This document shows positions 17,535 through 27,295 of a stretch of DNA of 51,873 nucleotides, in pieces; positions within the stretch are counted from its first letter, which is position 1, and each line of letters begins with the position of its first letter. Made by a program: the position numbers and the translations under genes. The notes beneath the pieces are model-generated. The model saw only the letters and a list, made by a program, of their open reading frames with translations, was not told the DNA's origin and made no database searches. The stretch covers positions 507 to 52,379 of the forward strand of contig PLEG01000388.1 in the NCBI GenBank assembly GCA_003136975.1. Direction: 5' to 3'. Source of the DNA: Gemmatimonadota bacterium. GTDB lineage: Bacteria; Gemmatimonadota; Gemmatimonadetes; Gemmatimonadales; Gemmatimonadaceae.

Positions 17535-18116
17535 ATGCGCAGTAACCCAGCCGATCAGACTCCCCCCACCACACCGAAGCGAACAAGCCCACCGGTTGAC
17601 CCCAAAGGCCGTGTGAAGCTCACAGCTTACCACGAACACAAGGGACTCTCGGAAGAGACTATTGCGTTCGACTGTTCAATCACGCTCGACGGAAAGAAAG
17701 TGGCAGCCGCCACGAACACTGGCCAAGGTGGACCGAATCGGTACCATTTCTTTTCGCGGGATGCAGAGGCAACGGTTACGCGTCTCGCCGCTGAGTGGGC
17801 GCGCGATACAGGTCGCCGAACGTTCGAGACGCTCGATGCGTTTCTCAGCTACATCTCCACCGGGATGTCTGATCAGAAGATCGCGCGTTCGTTGTTCAGA
17901 CGCGCATCCAAGGTTGATCCGGCCTATGCCGGAGTCGTCGTTGTGGAGAAGGATCCGCTAACACTCACGCGCCCAGAGGGCGGTGACGTGATCGTCGACT
18001 TTCTCGCCCACGAATACATCCTCGTGCGGAGCATCGACGATGTGACGACTCTCGCAGTGGCGAAGGGTGCTGGGGCATGGTGCTTCCATGTGCTTCCTGC
18101 TGAAACCCTCAAATAA
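17535..18116 (+). CDS. hypothetical protein
   Basis: ATG 17535 follows GAGG. The Pro/Thr-rich N-terminus is followed by FDCSITLDGKKVAAATNTGQGGPNRYHF. No family assigned. Confidence 0.45.
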   Translation: MRSNPADQTPPTTPKRTSPPVDPKGRVKLTAYHEHKGLSEETIAFDCSITLDGKKVAAATNTGQGGPNRYHFFSRDAEATVTRLAAEWARDTGRRTFETLDAFLSYISTGMSDQKIARSLFRRASKVDPAYAGVVVVEKDPLTLTRPEGGDVIVDFLAHEYILVRSIDDVTTLAVAKGAGAWCFHVLPAETLK

Positions 18117-18273
18117 CCCGTTTCGACCCGCGCCCAGGCTTTCACCCCCCCCGAACCACAGTGGTACCGAAAGGGGGTGGTAGAACCTGGGCTGGTAGTG
18201 CCGTCTGTAAATGAGGGCATTCCTCGCCGTGCGATTTGTTCGGCGGGGCTCAGCCCAACAACAATGAGAGCGC

Positions 18274-18822
18274 ATGCCAATTCCAGAGAACATGCCACGC
18301 GATGTACGACCACAAAGATTGAGCGTAGATCGACTTTTGAAGCTCGCGAAACGAACGGTCTACTTCCCGTACGATTATCAGAGCACTTCCGGCCGTCATT
18401 ACAAGAGCGATGTTCGAGCCGCTCTGGCCCATGGGCTTGCAGTCGAACTCGAGCGCGAGCAGCAAGAGCGACAGCACGAGATGGAGATGACGACGTTGCA
18501 GCAGGAGATCGCAACGCTCACCGCAACCCTCGAAGCTGCACGAGGCCCCATGAATGCGGCACGGATCAGTGATGCAGGAATCAGTGACCCGACGTTGGAC
18601 GAAGCTGCCGAAAACGTTGCACGAGTCACTGATACAGAACTTCCGGTGCGACAGGAGAGCAGCGGCCCGATCTCAGAGGCGGCAGCTATTGAGCGCCTAC
18701 GCAGGATCGCGCAGTCCGAGGTTGAAGACGATGAGTTCGCCAAGGAAGACATGGCGGGATTGGAAGACGACGGGATTCTGAACAACGACTCGCATTTGCC
18801 GGACGGAGGAAACACTCGATGA
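18274..18822 (+). CDS. hypothetical acidic coiled-coil protein
   Basis: 182 aa with a strongly acidic C-terminal half. Its stop overlaps the next ATG. Confidence 0.45.
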   Translation: MPIPENMPRDVRPQRLSVDRLLKLAKRTVYFPYDYQSTSGRHYKSDVRAALAHGLAVELEREQQERQHEMEMTTLQQEIATLTATLEAARGPMNAARISDAGISDPTLDEAAENVARVTDTELPVRQESSGPISEAAAIERLRRIAQSEVEDDEFAKEDMAGLEDDGILNNDSHLPDGGNTR

Positions 18823-19310
18823 CACAGCACTCTACAACTGGACGCTCGAGCGGTAACAACATCTCTCGATATTCCGCGCTGGAGCCGGCTTCGCCGGAAA
18901 CGCAGTCAATCAGAACGCTGGTCGCAGAGCAGATTAACGGCCCACTCCCTGGCGGGCGGCCTTTGACTGATGATGAAATCGATCGGTTGCTCATGGGGAT
19001 AGCCGAAGTTGATGGCGTTTCGGATGAGCGGTTCACCGCGGGGGATTATGCGATCGACGATGAGCCTGATGCAGTCGCGAAGTGTCCGAGCCTGGATGAA
19101 CTCCGCGATATCGCCGCGGCAGCCGAGCGCGAGGATCTGACGCCAGATGAGATTGCGGCGCACTCACGCCTGCTTTGGAATGCGATCGCGTACTTCCAGC
19201 GACGGGCGCGCGACTATGACGAGGCGACGAAGAGAGAGGCTCGGGAGCGTGAGGTCCTGCGGACAATTCGCGACGGCCTCAAGAGCCAGGTAGATGAGTT
19301 AGCGGCCTGA
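18819..19310 (+). CDS. hypothetical acidic protein
   Basis: 163 aa. GGAGGA RBS, ATGA overlap with the previous gene, D/E-rich. Confidence 0.45.
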   Translation: MTQHSTTGRSSGNNISRYSALEPASPETQSIRTLVAEQINGPLPGGRPLTDDEIDRLLMGIAEVDGVSDERFTAGDYAIDDEPDAVAKCPSLDELRDIAAAAEREDLTPDEIAAHSRLLWNAIAYFQRRARDYDEATKREAREREVLRTIRDGLKSQVDELAA

Positions 19311-19338
19311 CCGAGTCCTGTGGTTCCGTGGCGCACCG

Positions 19339-19375
19339 AACGGGCAGCCTTCAATGGTTGCCCGTTTCGTGTTTC
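19339..19375 (+). terminator. rho-independent terminator
   Basis: Stem AACGGGCA(GCC) / (GGT)TGCCCGTT at 19339-19366, followed by TCGTGTTT. It lies 28 nt after stop 19310. Confidence 0.6.
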
Positions 19376-19560
19376 CGGGAGAATCGAGCCCGGCGGACGA
19401 CCGCGCAGGTGCAAATGGGCTTATGACCAGATCACTCAACCACGTGCTCCCAGAGCCAAAACATCACGAGGCCGACATGCATCCGCAGTCGAATAGCGCT
19501 TAGCGCACCGCGGGCGGCGGCGCCATCCGGTGTAGTCGCTCGCACTTCCCAGGAGATCCT

Positions 19561-19890
19561 ATGCAGCTCGCTACCACGCTCTTGCCACACGACCCCTATG
19601 CCGACTATGGAGACGATCCTGACGGTCTGCCCGACGGAGTCGCGTCCGACATCTGTCCGCGGTGTGGGCCGGTGATCATCACGACGAGCGACGGCCGTCT
19701 CGTGACTGAGCGCCGCGACGGACATGGCCTTTGCCTCTGCACGCCCGAAGAGCGCCAGGCTGCCGAGGCTGCACAGGATCGGAAAAGACGTCAGTGCATT
19801 GATGATCGTGCGCGACGAGCTCGTAAGAATACCGCGCTCGCCACAGAATCCTCGTTAGCTGCTCGGATCGCGAGTGGCAGGAAGCAGTAG
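19561..19890 (+). CDS. hypothetical protein
   Basis: 109 aa. AGGAG RBS. Contains CPRCG .. CLC cysteines and a basic C-terminus. Confidence 0.45.
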   Translation: MQLATTLLPHDPYADYGDDPDGLPDGVASDICPRCGPVIITTSDGRLVTERRDGHGLCLCTPEERQAAEAAQDRKRRQCIDDRARRARKNTALATESSLAARIASGRKQ

Positions 19891-19892
19891 TT

Positions 19893-20948
19893 ATGTCGAC
19901 AGATCAAGAAGCACGTTCTGCAGAGCAACCCGAGCCTGTGCAATCCGCGTCATCGTCGCCACATGAAGAAATGGTGCGCCAGGCGCTAGCGGTGCTCTCT
20001 GGCGATCCCAAGTATCGCGTGTTTCGTGCGCCTACTCGTAAGGTTTTCCAGGAGGAGGTCCCACCCGGGCTGCCTGTGGTGCGATGCCTGCTGGTCGATG
20101 CTCAGGCCAGCGGTGTTGATTCCGAACACGCCCCTCTCTTGGAGGTTGCGGCGCTGCCAGTCACAATCGGGCGCGTCGACGGCCATGTGTACAGAGTCGG
20201 ACGGCCGTGCGTGATGTTCAACGATGCGGGCACATCCGTGCCTGATGCAGTGGTCCGTCGCACAGGGATCACGGACCGAATGGTACGCGGGCATAAGCTA
20301 TCTCCCGCGCCGTTTGCAGCCATGATCGCGCAATGCGATGCTGTCGTTGCGTTTAACGCTGCGTTCGATCGGCCGCTGCTCGAGCGATACATCCCTCAGT
20401 TCGAGACGGTCCCGTGGCTCTGCGCATACAGCGAAATCGACTGGACCGCACATGGGTTACTCGATGGTTCACTGGAATCACTTTGCGCTCGACACGCGAA
20501 GGTCTATCTCCCGGTTCGTCGGTCCGTAGCTCATGTCGACGCGATGCTCGATCTCGTTACGGCACCTTGGCAAGATGGAACACTTCCCATCGTGTCTCTG
20601 TTCGACGCGGGTAGGAAGATGCGAGCTCTCATTTGGGCCCCTAATACTCGATTCGAAGCAAACGACGCCCTTCGAGATCGCCTGTATCGATTCCACCAGT
20701 GCAAGACGCTGGGTCGTGGGTGGTATGCTTACATCTCGCCGGCGGCGGTGACGGACGAGATGAAGTGGCTCGGTCAAACCATTTACGGTGGAAGACTGCC
20801 GACGAATGTGAGAGCGGTGCCAGTAGGAGCGCGGATCCGTCACGCCTCGCTCGCTCGCGTGCTTCGCGATGCGTCGACCACTTACCTGCAGTCGCATCAA
20901 CCCTCCCATGTACTGCCGGCCGCGGAGCATTCACCGGTGGCGGCGTAG
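19893..20948 (+). CDS. DnaQ-like DEDDh 3'-5' exonuclease domain protein (first motif D-x-Q)
   Basis: 351 aa. ExoI-like LLVDAQASGVD..LLEVAA, ExoII VVAFNAAFDRPLL, ExoIII VAHVDAMLDL. Confidence 0.6.
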   Translation: MSTDQEARSAEQPEPVQSASSSPHEEMVRQALAVLSGDPKYRVFRAPTRKVFQEEVPPGLPVVRCLLVDAQASGVDSEHAPLLEVAALPVTIGRVDGHVYRVGRPCVMFNDAGTSVPDAVVRRTGITDRMVRGHKLSPAPFAAMIAQCDAVVAFNAAFDRPLLERYIPQFETVPWLCAYSEIDWTAHGLLDGSLESLCARHAKVYLPVRRSVAHVDAMLDLVTAPWQDGTLPIVSLFDAGRKMRALIWAPNTRFEANDALRDRLYRFHQCKTLGRGWYAYISPAAVTDEMKWLGQTIYGGRLPTNVRAVPVGARIRHASLARVLRDASTTYLQSHQPSHVLPAAEHSPVAA

Positions 20949-21035
20949 CTCATGTCCCACCCATGTGACGCGAATTCACAGTGTCCCTTCCGGCCTGGCT
21001 CGGAATCCCCTTTAAGCAGCGAAACGGAGTCTCCA

Positions 21036-21509
21036 ATGCTCGATAGCACCTTTTCCACACCAAAAGCAGTCCCAAATCAGCTCGCCTTCTTTCTCGATGT
21101 CCTCTACGAGGGGCAAGGGATCCGGGCAACCCGGCTCGATCACGCCAACAACCTCAACGACGGGGCGATCCGGGTGACTCGCGAGGCACGCCGCCGAGGG
21201 ATTCCTTGCTTCGAGCTTCCGGTCTATAAATCCATCAACGAGGTGGTTCTCGAGGCGACAGCTATTGCCCGCCGGAAGCGGCCGCGGCCAGGGGCGCCAA
21301 CCCTCCCAGCCCTTGCCCTAGTATTCGGGATCGAGCCTCTTCGAGCTCATGGTCACCCACGGGGCGTCAAGAACCCCCGAGCCATGGTTCCTGGACATAG
21401 CGAGGCTGAGGCCGATATCCCCGCGTGGGACCTCTGCGCAAGATCCTACACGATCGTCCTCGTGGAAGCGGTCCCTGACAAGCCGACCAAGCGCGGTCCT
21501 ACCCGGTAA
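21036..21509 (+). CDS. hypothetical protein
   Basis: The ORF opens at 20952. ATG 21036 follows CGGAG. No motif recognised. Confidence 0.4.
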   Translation: MLDSTFSTPKAVPNQLAFFLDVLYEGQGIRATRLDHANNLNDGAIRVTREARRRGIPCFELPVYKSINEVVLEATAIARRKRPRPGAPTLPALALVFGIEPLRAHGHPRGVKNPRAMVPGHSEAEADIPAWDLCARSYTIVLVEAVPDKPTKRGPTR

Positions 21510-21628
21510 AGTGATGTAAATGCAGGGGTTGGGCGTGTTGTACGGCGCAGGTGCAGTGGGCAGTATCCAATAGGACGCCCTTGTTTCGACGGCGTTCACC
21601 GACTGCTTCCCGCTTGAGGATTGTAGCA

Positions 21629-24155
21629 ATGACCACCACCATGCCCCAGATCAATACCAGCCATTTCAGCAATGTCGATATCGGTCTTCCTGCTGCCACG
21701 CTGTCTTCAAATGCACTCACCGTGCTCAAGAAGCGTTATCTCATGAAAGACGCTGAGGGTAACCCGACCGAGCGGCCCGAGGACATGTTCAGCCGCGTTG
21801 CAACAACCCTGGCTGACGTCGGTATTCGGTATGGCGAGTCGAGGAAGGACGTGCGGGATCTTGCACGCCGATTCTACGATCTGATGACCAGCGGGCGGTT
21901 CGAACCCAATTCCCCGACACTCATGAATGCAGGGCGGCCGCTAGGCCAGCTCTCGGCCTGCTTCGTTCTCCCGGTTGAGGACTCACTGTCCAACGGGCAC
22001 GACGGCATCTACGACTCGCTTCGTGCCTGCGCGCTGATTCACCAGAGCGGCGGAGGAACGGGGATGAGCTTCTCCAGACTCCGCCCGAAAGGCGCGACGG
22101 TCAGGAGCACTACTGGCGTGGCGAGCGGTCCTGTCAGCTTCATGGAGCTCTACGATGCTTCAACCAATGCGGTAAAGCAGGGTGGGGACGCGTCGCGGTG
22201 CCAACATGGGCGTCCTCCGGATCGATCATCCAGACGTGATGGAGTTCATCACGTGCAAGGAGGATCTGTCCAAGATCACGAATTTCAACATCTCACTCGC
22301 GATCACCGATGAGTTCATGCTCGCCGTGCGCGAGGGCACAGACTACGCGCTTTACGATCCCAAGTCGAAGGCCGAGGTCGGCCGCCTGGATGCGCGGACC
22401 GTATGGGAGAAGATGATCGATGGCGCATGGCGCACTGGTGAGCCTGGCTGCTTGTTCATCGACGAAGCGAATCGCTACAACCCAGTTCCACATCTCGGCG
22501 ATTACGAGGCGAGCAACCCGTGTGGCGAGCAGTTTTTGCTGCCGTACGACGTCTGTAATCTCGGATCGATCAACATCGGTGCGTATGTAATCGAGGGTGA
22601 ACTTGGCGTTCCAACATTGGATTGGGATGCTCTCCGTGAGGATATCCACGTCGCCGTCCACTTCCTCGATAACGTCATCGACGCAAACAAGTTCCCGCTC
22701 CCAGAGATCGAGACACTGGCGAAGCGGATCCGTCGCATCGGCCTTGGCCTGATGGGGTTCGCCGATGCACTGATCAAGCTCGGAATTCCCTACAACAGCA
22801 CTGAGGGAGTAGGGTTCGGTCGAGAGTTGCAGGCATTCATAGACGAGGAGGCCAAGATTGCGAGCGAAATCCTGGCTGAGACTCGTGGCACGTTCCCGGA
22901 GTGGGCGCGTTCTATATGGGGTCCGGACGAGACGTGCGCGCGTGACACAGACGGCGATCGCATCCGTCCGATGCGTAGGCTTCGCAACTGTAACGTGACG
23001 ACCGTAGCACCGACTGGGACGATCTCCATAATCGCAGGATGCTCATCGGGCATCGAGCCGCTGTTCGCTGTTGCGTTCATGCGCAATCAGGCCGACACAA
23101 AGATGGCCGACGTCAACGAAGATTTCGTCCGCGTTGCGAAGGAGGAAGGCTGGTACACTCCCGAGCTGATGGCTAGGATTGCCCGGGCAGGACATATTCA
23201 TTTCGCCGAAGTTCCGGAGAACTGGCAGCGTGTATTCGTCACTGCTCATGACATCACGCCTGAATGGCACGTGCGCATGCAGGCGGCGTTTCAGGAACGC
23301 TGTGATAGCTCGATTAGCAAGACTACAAATTTTCCCCGGTCAACTACACGCGACGACGTTCGCGCCATTTACGAACTCGCACACGAGCTAAAGTGCAAGG
23401 GCGTAACTGTCTACCGGGATGGTTCGCGAGAGAACCAAGTCCTCTCAACGGGCGCAACAACGCACGCTGAGGATAGCGGGACCGTTGATCCCAACACGGC
23501 AGAGTTGAAGGCAGCGTTGGCCGAGTCCAAGATTGAGGTCGAACGCCTTACGGGCAAACTGCTCGCTGCTGAGTCGGAGCACGCGGTCATCCGAAGCAAG
23601 CGTGAACGCCCAGGCTTGCTGCGTGGTACAACGATTCGGAAGGAGACGCCTCTTGGAACGATGTTCGTTAACATCACCGAGGACGATAAGGGCAACCCAT
23701 TCGAAGTCTTCATCAATCTCGGGAAGGCGGGTGGCGCAGCAATGGCTGATGCCGAAGCAATGGGACGTATGATTTCGCTCGCGTTGCGGTCAGGTATACC
23801 TCTGCGTGAGGTGCACCAGCAGCTCCGCGGTATCAGCTCTGACCGTGCGGTAGGATTCGGCCCGCACAAAGTGCTCTCTGTTCCCGACGCGATTGGAATC
23901 GCGATTGAGGAATGGCTTAAGTCGAGAGACGGCGTCCAGCAGGAACTCCTTACAGCAGATACTCCGAGCGGTGACGCTGCCGTAGTGGCCGCCCTCATAT
24001 CAGAGAAGGCCCCGGCCCTTTTCGATCATTTCGCCGAGCGGACTCGTAGTGACTATGGACGCCCGTGTCCAGATTGCTTGCTACCAAACTCTGTCATCGA
24101 GAGTTCTGGGTGTGAGCATTGCACCGCACCGGGTTGCGGCTACTCGGCGTGTTAA
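21629..24155 (+). pseudogene. nrdJ: class II (adenosylcobalamin-dependent) ribonucleotide reductase NrdJ, interrupted by a 1-nt frameshift
   Basis: Two ORFs (21629-22312 and 22182-24155) together give a colinear NrdJ. They join as ..NAVKQGG | [21 protein letters not shown].. across the G4 run at 22184-22187. Other hallmark segments are NSPTLMNAG, SACFVL, NPCGEQ, TVAPTGT and the C-terminal Cys zinc ribbon. This may be a sequencing indel. Confidence 0.85.
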
Positions 24156-24160
24156 TTGTC

Positions 24161-24196
24161 AACGGGAGGATGAGAGATTTATGCCTTGTCCTCCCG
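24161..24196 (+). terminator. hairpin downstream of nrdJ (ACGGGAGGA / TCCTCCCGT)
   Basis: Perfect 9-bp inverted repeat at 24161-24169 and 24188-24196 with an 18-nt loop. No T-tract. Confidence 0.3.
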
Positions 24197-24232
24197 TAAT
24201 GTCAGAAACATCAAACCTTTCATCTCTCTGAG

Positions 24233-24526
24233 ATGCCATACAAAGCATTGTCCTTTACCGCTGCTGCTACACGCGCCAAACGTGGTGTGGTTGAAGTGCG
24301 GCCTGTCGTTAGCGGAATAGTCGAGGCGGGGAATGGATCAGTTGGGGTCGAGCTCGGCCTAATTGTGACCGAAGAGCGCCCAGCGCATTTCTGCGTCACA
24401 TTCCCTACAGCCAACTCACCGATGGGCATCGTTTACGAGATCGATGTCACTGACCTCCTTGAGAACCTAGTCAGATCTTACTTCGACGTGCATCCAGAGG
24501 ATGCCCCGATATCGTTGACGCGGTAA
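24233..24526 (+). CDS. hypothetical protein
   Basis: 97-aa ORF, co-directional. No motif recognised. Confidence 0.4.
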   Translation: MPYKALSFTAAATRAKRGVVEVRPVVSGIVEAGNGSVGVELGLIVTEERPAHFCVTFPTANSPMGIVYEIDVTDLLENLVRSYFDVHPEDAPISLTR

Positions 24527-24574
24527 ACACTCCTCCTCGTAAGACATCCAGGAAGTTGAGAGAAACCGTCACGC

Positions 24575-24586
24575 GCGCGGGTGCAT
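24575..24586 (+). repeat. 12-mer start-proximal motif copy (GCGCGGGTGCAT)
   Basis: Only 9 nt upstream of ATG 24596. Locally it forms the loop of CGCGG-GTGCAT-CCGCG. Confidence 0.75.
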
Positions 24587-24595
24587 CCGCGTTTT

Positions 24596-25735
24596 ATGAC
24601 TCCATCGTCTCACACTGCACTCGTTGCTCGACCTTCACAAGCGTTCGTTGCATGCGCTGATGCAGGAGAGGCCCTGCGTTCCTTACCGCTGGGTTGTGCG
24701 CGCCTCATCAGTACATCACCACGCTACCTTGACCTGATAAGGTACGACATTCCACCGAGAGTCTCTCGATCCTCAAAGGAGATTTGGAGAACATCACCAC
24801 GCGAATTGTTGAGCACTTGGACGATGGAGTTCCTTGAGCACGCGGCGTTGTGGTACGATGTGCTCGCTCAAGATGGTGTTGTTGCTCTCGAGATCGACGA
24901 CTATAGGGACCGCGAGTCGGGTGCCCTAATCCCACTACCGGATCTCGCTCGCGAAGCGCTCGTGGCTGTTGGCTTCAGCCTCCAGGAGCACATTCGCCTT
25001 GCGCGTCCGGCTTCATACGGACAAAAGTCCCGCTCTGGTCACTTCAAGCGTTACGGTGGTCGTGCAGGTTACTTCCTACCTGACAACATTTGCAGTACCC
25101 TGGTCATCGCATTCAAAAATCGTCCGTTAGAACGTCTGCGTGCGGAAGGCACTGAGCGCGATCGTGCAGATATCGTATCGAACGAACGGTTCCTTCGGAA
25201 CTTGTGGACATTGCGGCCAGCAATACATCGCAATGTCTCGATGGGACATCCTGTGCCGCAGGATCCGGACGTCGCCCGGGCAGTCATCACGCACTACACA
25301 CGGGTTGGTGATGTTGTGATTGATCCCTACAGTGGGTCCGGCACAACAGCACGCGAAGCGCTCCTTCTTTCCCGTGATGCGATCGCGATCGAGCGTGAGC
25401 CACACTATGCCGCGATGACCCGGACAACTATTTCACCATACGGTAGGGTTTTCGATCTAACAGCATTCGCAGGAGCTGCTCCTCACCGGCGAATCATCAT
25501 TCCTTCGTCGCAGCTACTTCTTCAAATGGGTACGGCTGCAACAGCACAGGCTCGTACCGCTTTTCTTCGGAGCAGCTCGGTTGGAGAAGTCACCGAACGT
25601 CTGAAACGTATGAGTGCGGCTGCTTCGACGACCTCTGGGGTCCAGATATCGCCTGAAATTGTCGGTTTGATCCTTCGAGCTGAACGGGAACTGTACTACA
25701 CGGGACGAAAATCCAAACGGAAGAAGGCTGCTTGA
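24596..25735 (+). CDS. beta-class N4/N6 DNA methyltransferase (PF01555-like), orphan, atypical SPRY catalytic motif
   Basis: Catalytic motif LISTSPRYLDLIRYD (SPRY at 24716-24727) comes first. The AdoMet region HPVPQDPDVARAVITHYTRVGDVVIDPYSGSGTTAREA follows. Alternative start GTG 24581. Confidence 0.75.
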   Translation: MTPSSHTALVARPSQAFVACADAGEALRSLPLGCARLISTSPRYLDLIRYDIPPRVSRSSKEIWRTSPRELLSTWTMEFLEHAALWYDVLAQDGVVALEIDDYRDRESGALIPLPDLAREALVAVGFSLQEHIRLARPASYGQKSRSGHFKRYGGRAGYFLPDNICSTLVIAFKNRPLERLRAEGTERDRADIVSNERFLRNLWTLRPAIHRNVSMGHPVPQDPDVARAVITHYTRVGDVVIDPYSGSGTTAREALLLSRDAIAIEREPHYAAMTRTTISPYGRVFDLTAFAGAAPHRRIIIPSSQLLLQMGTAATAQARTAFLRSSSVGEVTERLKRMSAAASTTSGVQISPEIVGLILRAERELYYTGRKSKRKKAA

Positions 25736-25784
25736 GCGATTCACTATCCCCTAGTGCCGATACTTTTGCTCAGATCCGAACCTT

Positions 25785-26318
25785 ATGACAACTCAAAATG
25801 ATGTACCCGAGCGTTCGACCGACGAGCCGATCAACGGCGTCCTGTCGTCTGACTCCCTCGCGTCTGACGAAGAGCGCCGAACTGCGCTTGCTCGCGGGGA
25901 AGCGCGGTGTGTGATTTGCCGACGTTCGGCCGATAGTTCAAATGTCGGTGCGATAACGTGGGCAGTAGTGAATCCTGCAATCTGCACGGCTTGTGTAGCC
26001 AGCGCGGTTGAGAAGGTCCAGTCGAATCCTGCTATTGCGATGCGCGTCGTTGGCCATTTGGGCGGGGTTCACTCGGCCCGTTGTGATGGAGATGGCGTGC
26101 TCGACATGACGCGCGGGCATAGCGGGACGTGCGACGGTTATCTCTATCCAGACGACATGTGTATTGAGGCGCGGTACGCGTTGAGCGGTACGATCGAAGA
26201 TAACCCGGCTGCAGTGGTGACAATGCGTTACTGTTTGGCGTGCTTTGCCAGGTTTCACGTACTGCCCGATGCGTCGATCGAAGGTGAGGACTCGCCAGAG
26301 CAAGCGGGCCTCGAGTAA
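25785..26318 (+). CDS. hypothetical Cys-rich protein
   Basis: 177 aa with several CxxC-like pairs (CVICRR, CTAC, CLAC). Confidence 0.4.
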   Translation: MTTQNDVPERSTDEPINGVLSSDSLASDEERRTALARGEARCVICRRSADSSNVGAITWAVVNPAICTACVASAVEKVQSNPAIAMRVVGHLGGVHSARCDGDGVLDMTRGHSGTCDGYLYPDDMCIEARYALSGTIEDNPAAVVTMRYCLACFARFHVLPDASIEGEDSPEQAGLE

Positions 26319-26323
26319 CCAGA

Positions 26324-27265
26324 CTACGCCTGCGTTGGTCTCTCTGCCTGCTCGATAATCATGCGAGTAGCACCAGTTACGGGATCTCGCGATACTCTGC
26401 AATGCATTCCGGATTCGATTGTCAGTTCAACGCCTGGTGCAAGATTGATCTTCGCACCGTTGATCTCGAGCACGTACGCCGGTATAGTCTCGGGGTTCGC
26501 GATAACTGACTGCAGTGGCGACCGTCTTTGTTCAAGCGAGACTGTTTCGATGGCCGTGATGAACCGGTATTGCGCTGTTTGGCCAGGTCGTTGGTTTCGC
26601 TGAAGAATACCGGCATCTACACAGGACTTGATCGCCTTCGTCACGCTACCAGACTCGAAGGCAAGTGGGTTAATGAATGCGTTCGCTGCAAGCGGAATCC
26701 ATTCACGATCTACAGCATCCGCTGCGAGTGCAGCGAGTACGAACCATACACCAGCTTTCCGTTCTCGTGATCCTCGCGTCGTCATTGGAATCACAGTGTC
26801 GAGCCGTGGAGATATCTCAGCGATGTCCAGCAGGTGCGTGAATATTTCGCGATCGGTGTCTTGGGGAGCGAGTTGCGAGAGAGATTCCCCCCCGAAAGTC
26901 ATTCGATCGGTTTCGTCACTCCAAAGGACCCCCGTCGCGCGGAGCGCGTCAACGGCACTTCGTGTTGCTTCGATCTTGAGACCGAGGATATCCAGCACAT
27001 CGGCACCGAGTGGATCGAATGCCAGTTCAGTAATTGGCCGGCGTCGAAACTCGAGGTGGCGGGGGAGTCGATTCGACAAAACGAATGCCAAGGCAATTGC
27101 GTGGCGAGCCACAACTTCAGAAGTCCGCCTCTCATCCACCAAAGCCCCGATCCGCTCCGCGAGAATCCCATACTGCAGGAGAGATCGAGGGTGGAAACCT
27201 CCCGCCTCAACTGAGCCGCCAGGGAGCGGCAGAATGTGGACAAGTCGCTGGGAAGGAATAGTCAT
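26324..27265 (-). CDS. hypothetical protein, possibly winged-helix DNA-binding; divergent from the rep gene
   Basis: The only - strand gene in the first 37 kb. Its composition is protein-like, whereas the + strand antisense ORF is Ser/Arg-rich. Start is ATG 27265 or GTG 27295. Upstream on the - strand there is TTGACA(27305-27300)-17 nt-GACATT(27282-27277). Confidence 0.5.
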   Translation of the reverse strand: MTIPSQRLVHILPLPGGSVEAGGFHPRSLLQYGILAERIGALVDERRTSEVVARHAIALAFVLSNRLPRHLEFRRRPITELAFDPLGADVLDILGLKIEATRSAVDALRATGVLWSDETDRMTFGGESLSQLAPQDTDREIFTHLLDIAEISPRLDTVIPMTTRGSRERKAGVWFVLAALAADAVDREWIPLAANAFINPLAFESGSVTKAIKSCVDAGILQRNQRPGQTAQYRFITAIETVSLEQRRSPLQSVIANPETIPAYVLEINGAKINLAPGVELTIESGMHCRVSRDPVTGATRMIIEQAERPTQA

Positions 27266-27295
27266 GGGACAGGGCGAATGTCGAGCCCAGAGCAC

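Noticed and set aside
8132-21556. Weaker relatives of the 12-mer: GCGGGCGCAC 8132-8141, GCGGGCGCAA 15261-15270, GCGCGAGCGCAC 10483-10494, CGCGCGAGCGCAT 17487-17499, GCGCAGGTGCAA 19403-19414, GCGCAGGTGCAG 21545-21556, GTGGGTGCAG 6789-6798
   Set aside because: They are located upstream of starts, which is suggestive. However, similar strings (for example GCGCGGGCGC at ~6001 and GCGAGCGCAT at ~900) also occur inside coding regions as Ala/Arg codon runs, so I cannot separate them from background without statistics. They are not counted in the 11 copies.
22184-22187. Programmed +1 frameshift or an intein in nrdJ
   Set aside because: I saw no stimulatory structure, slippery-codon context or intein blocks. 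A single extra G in a homopolymer is the classic indel-error signature. It is still reported as a finding for verification.
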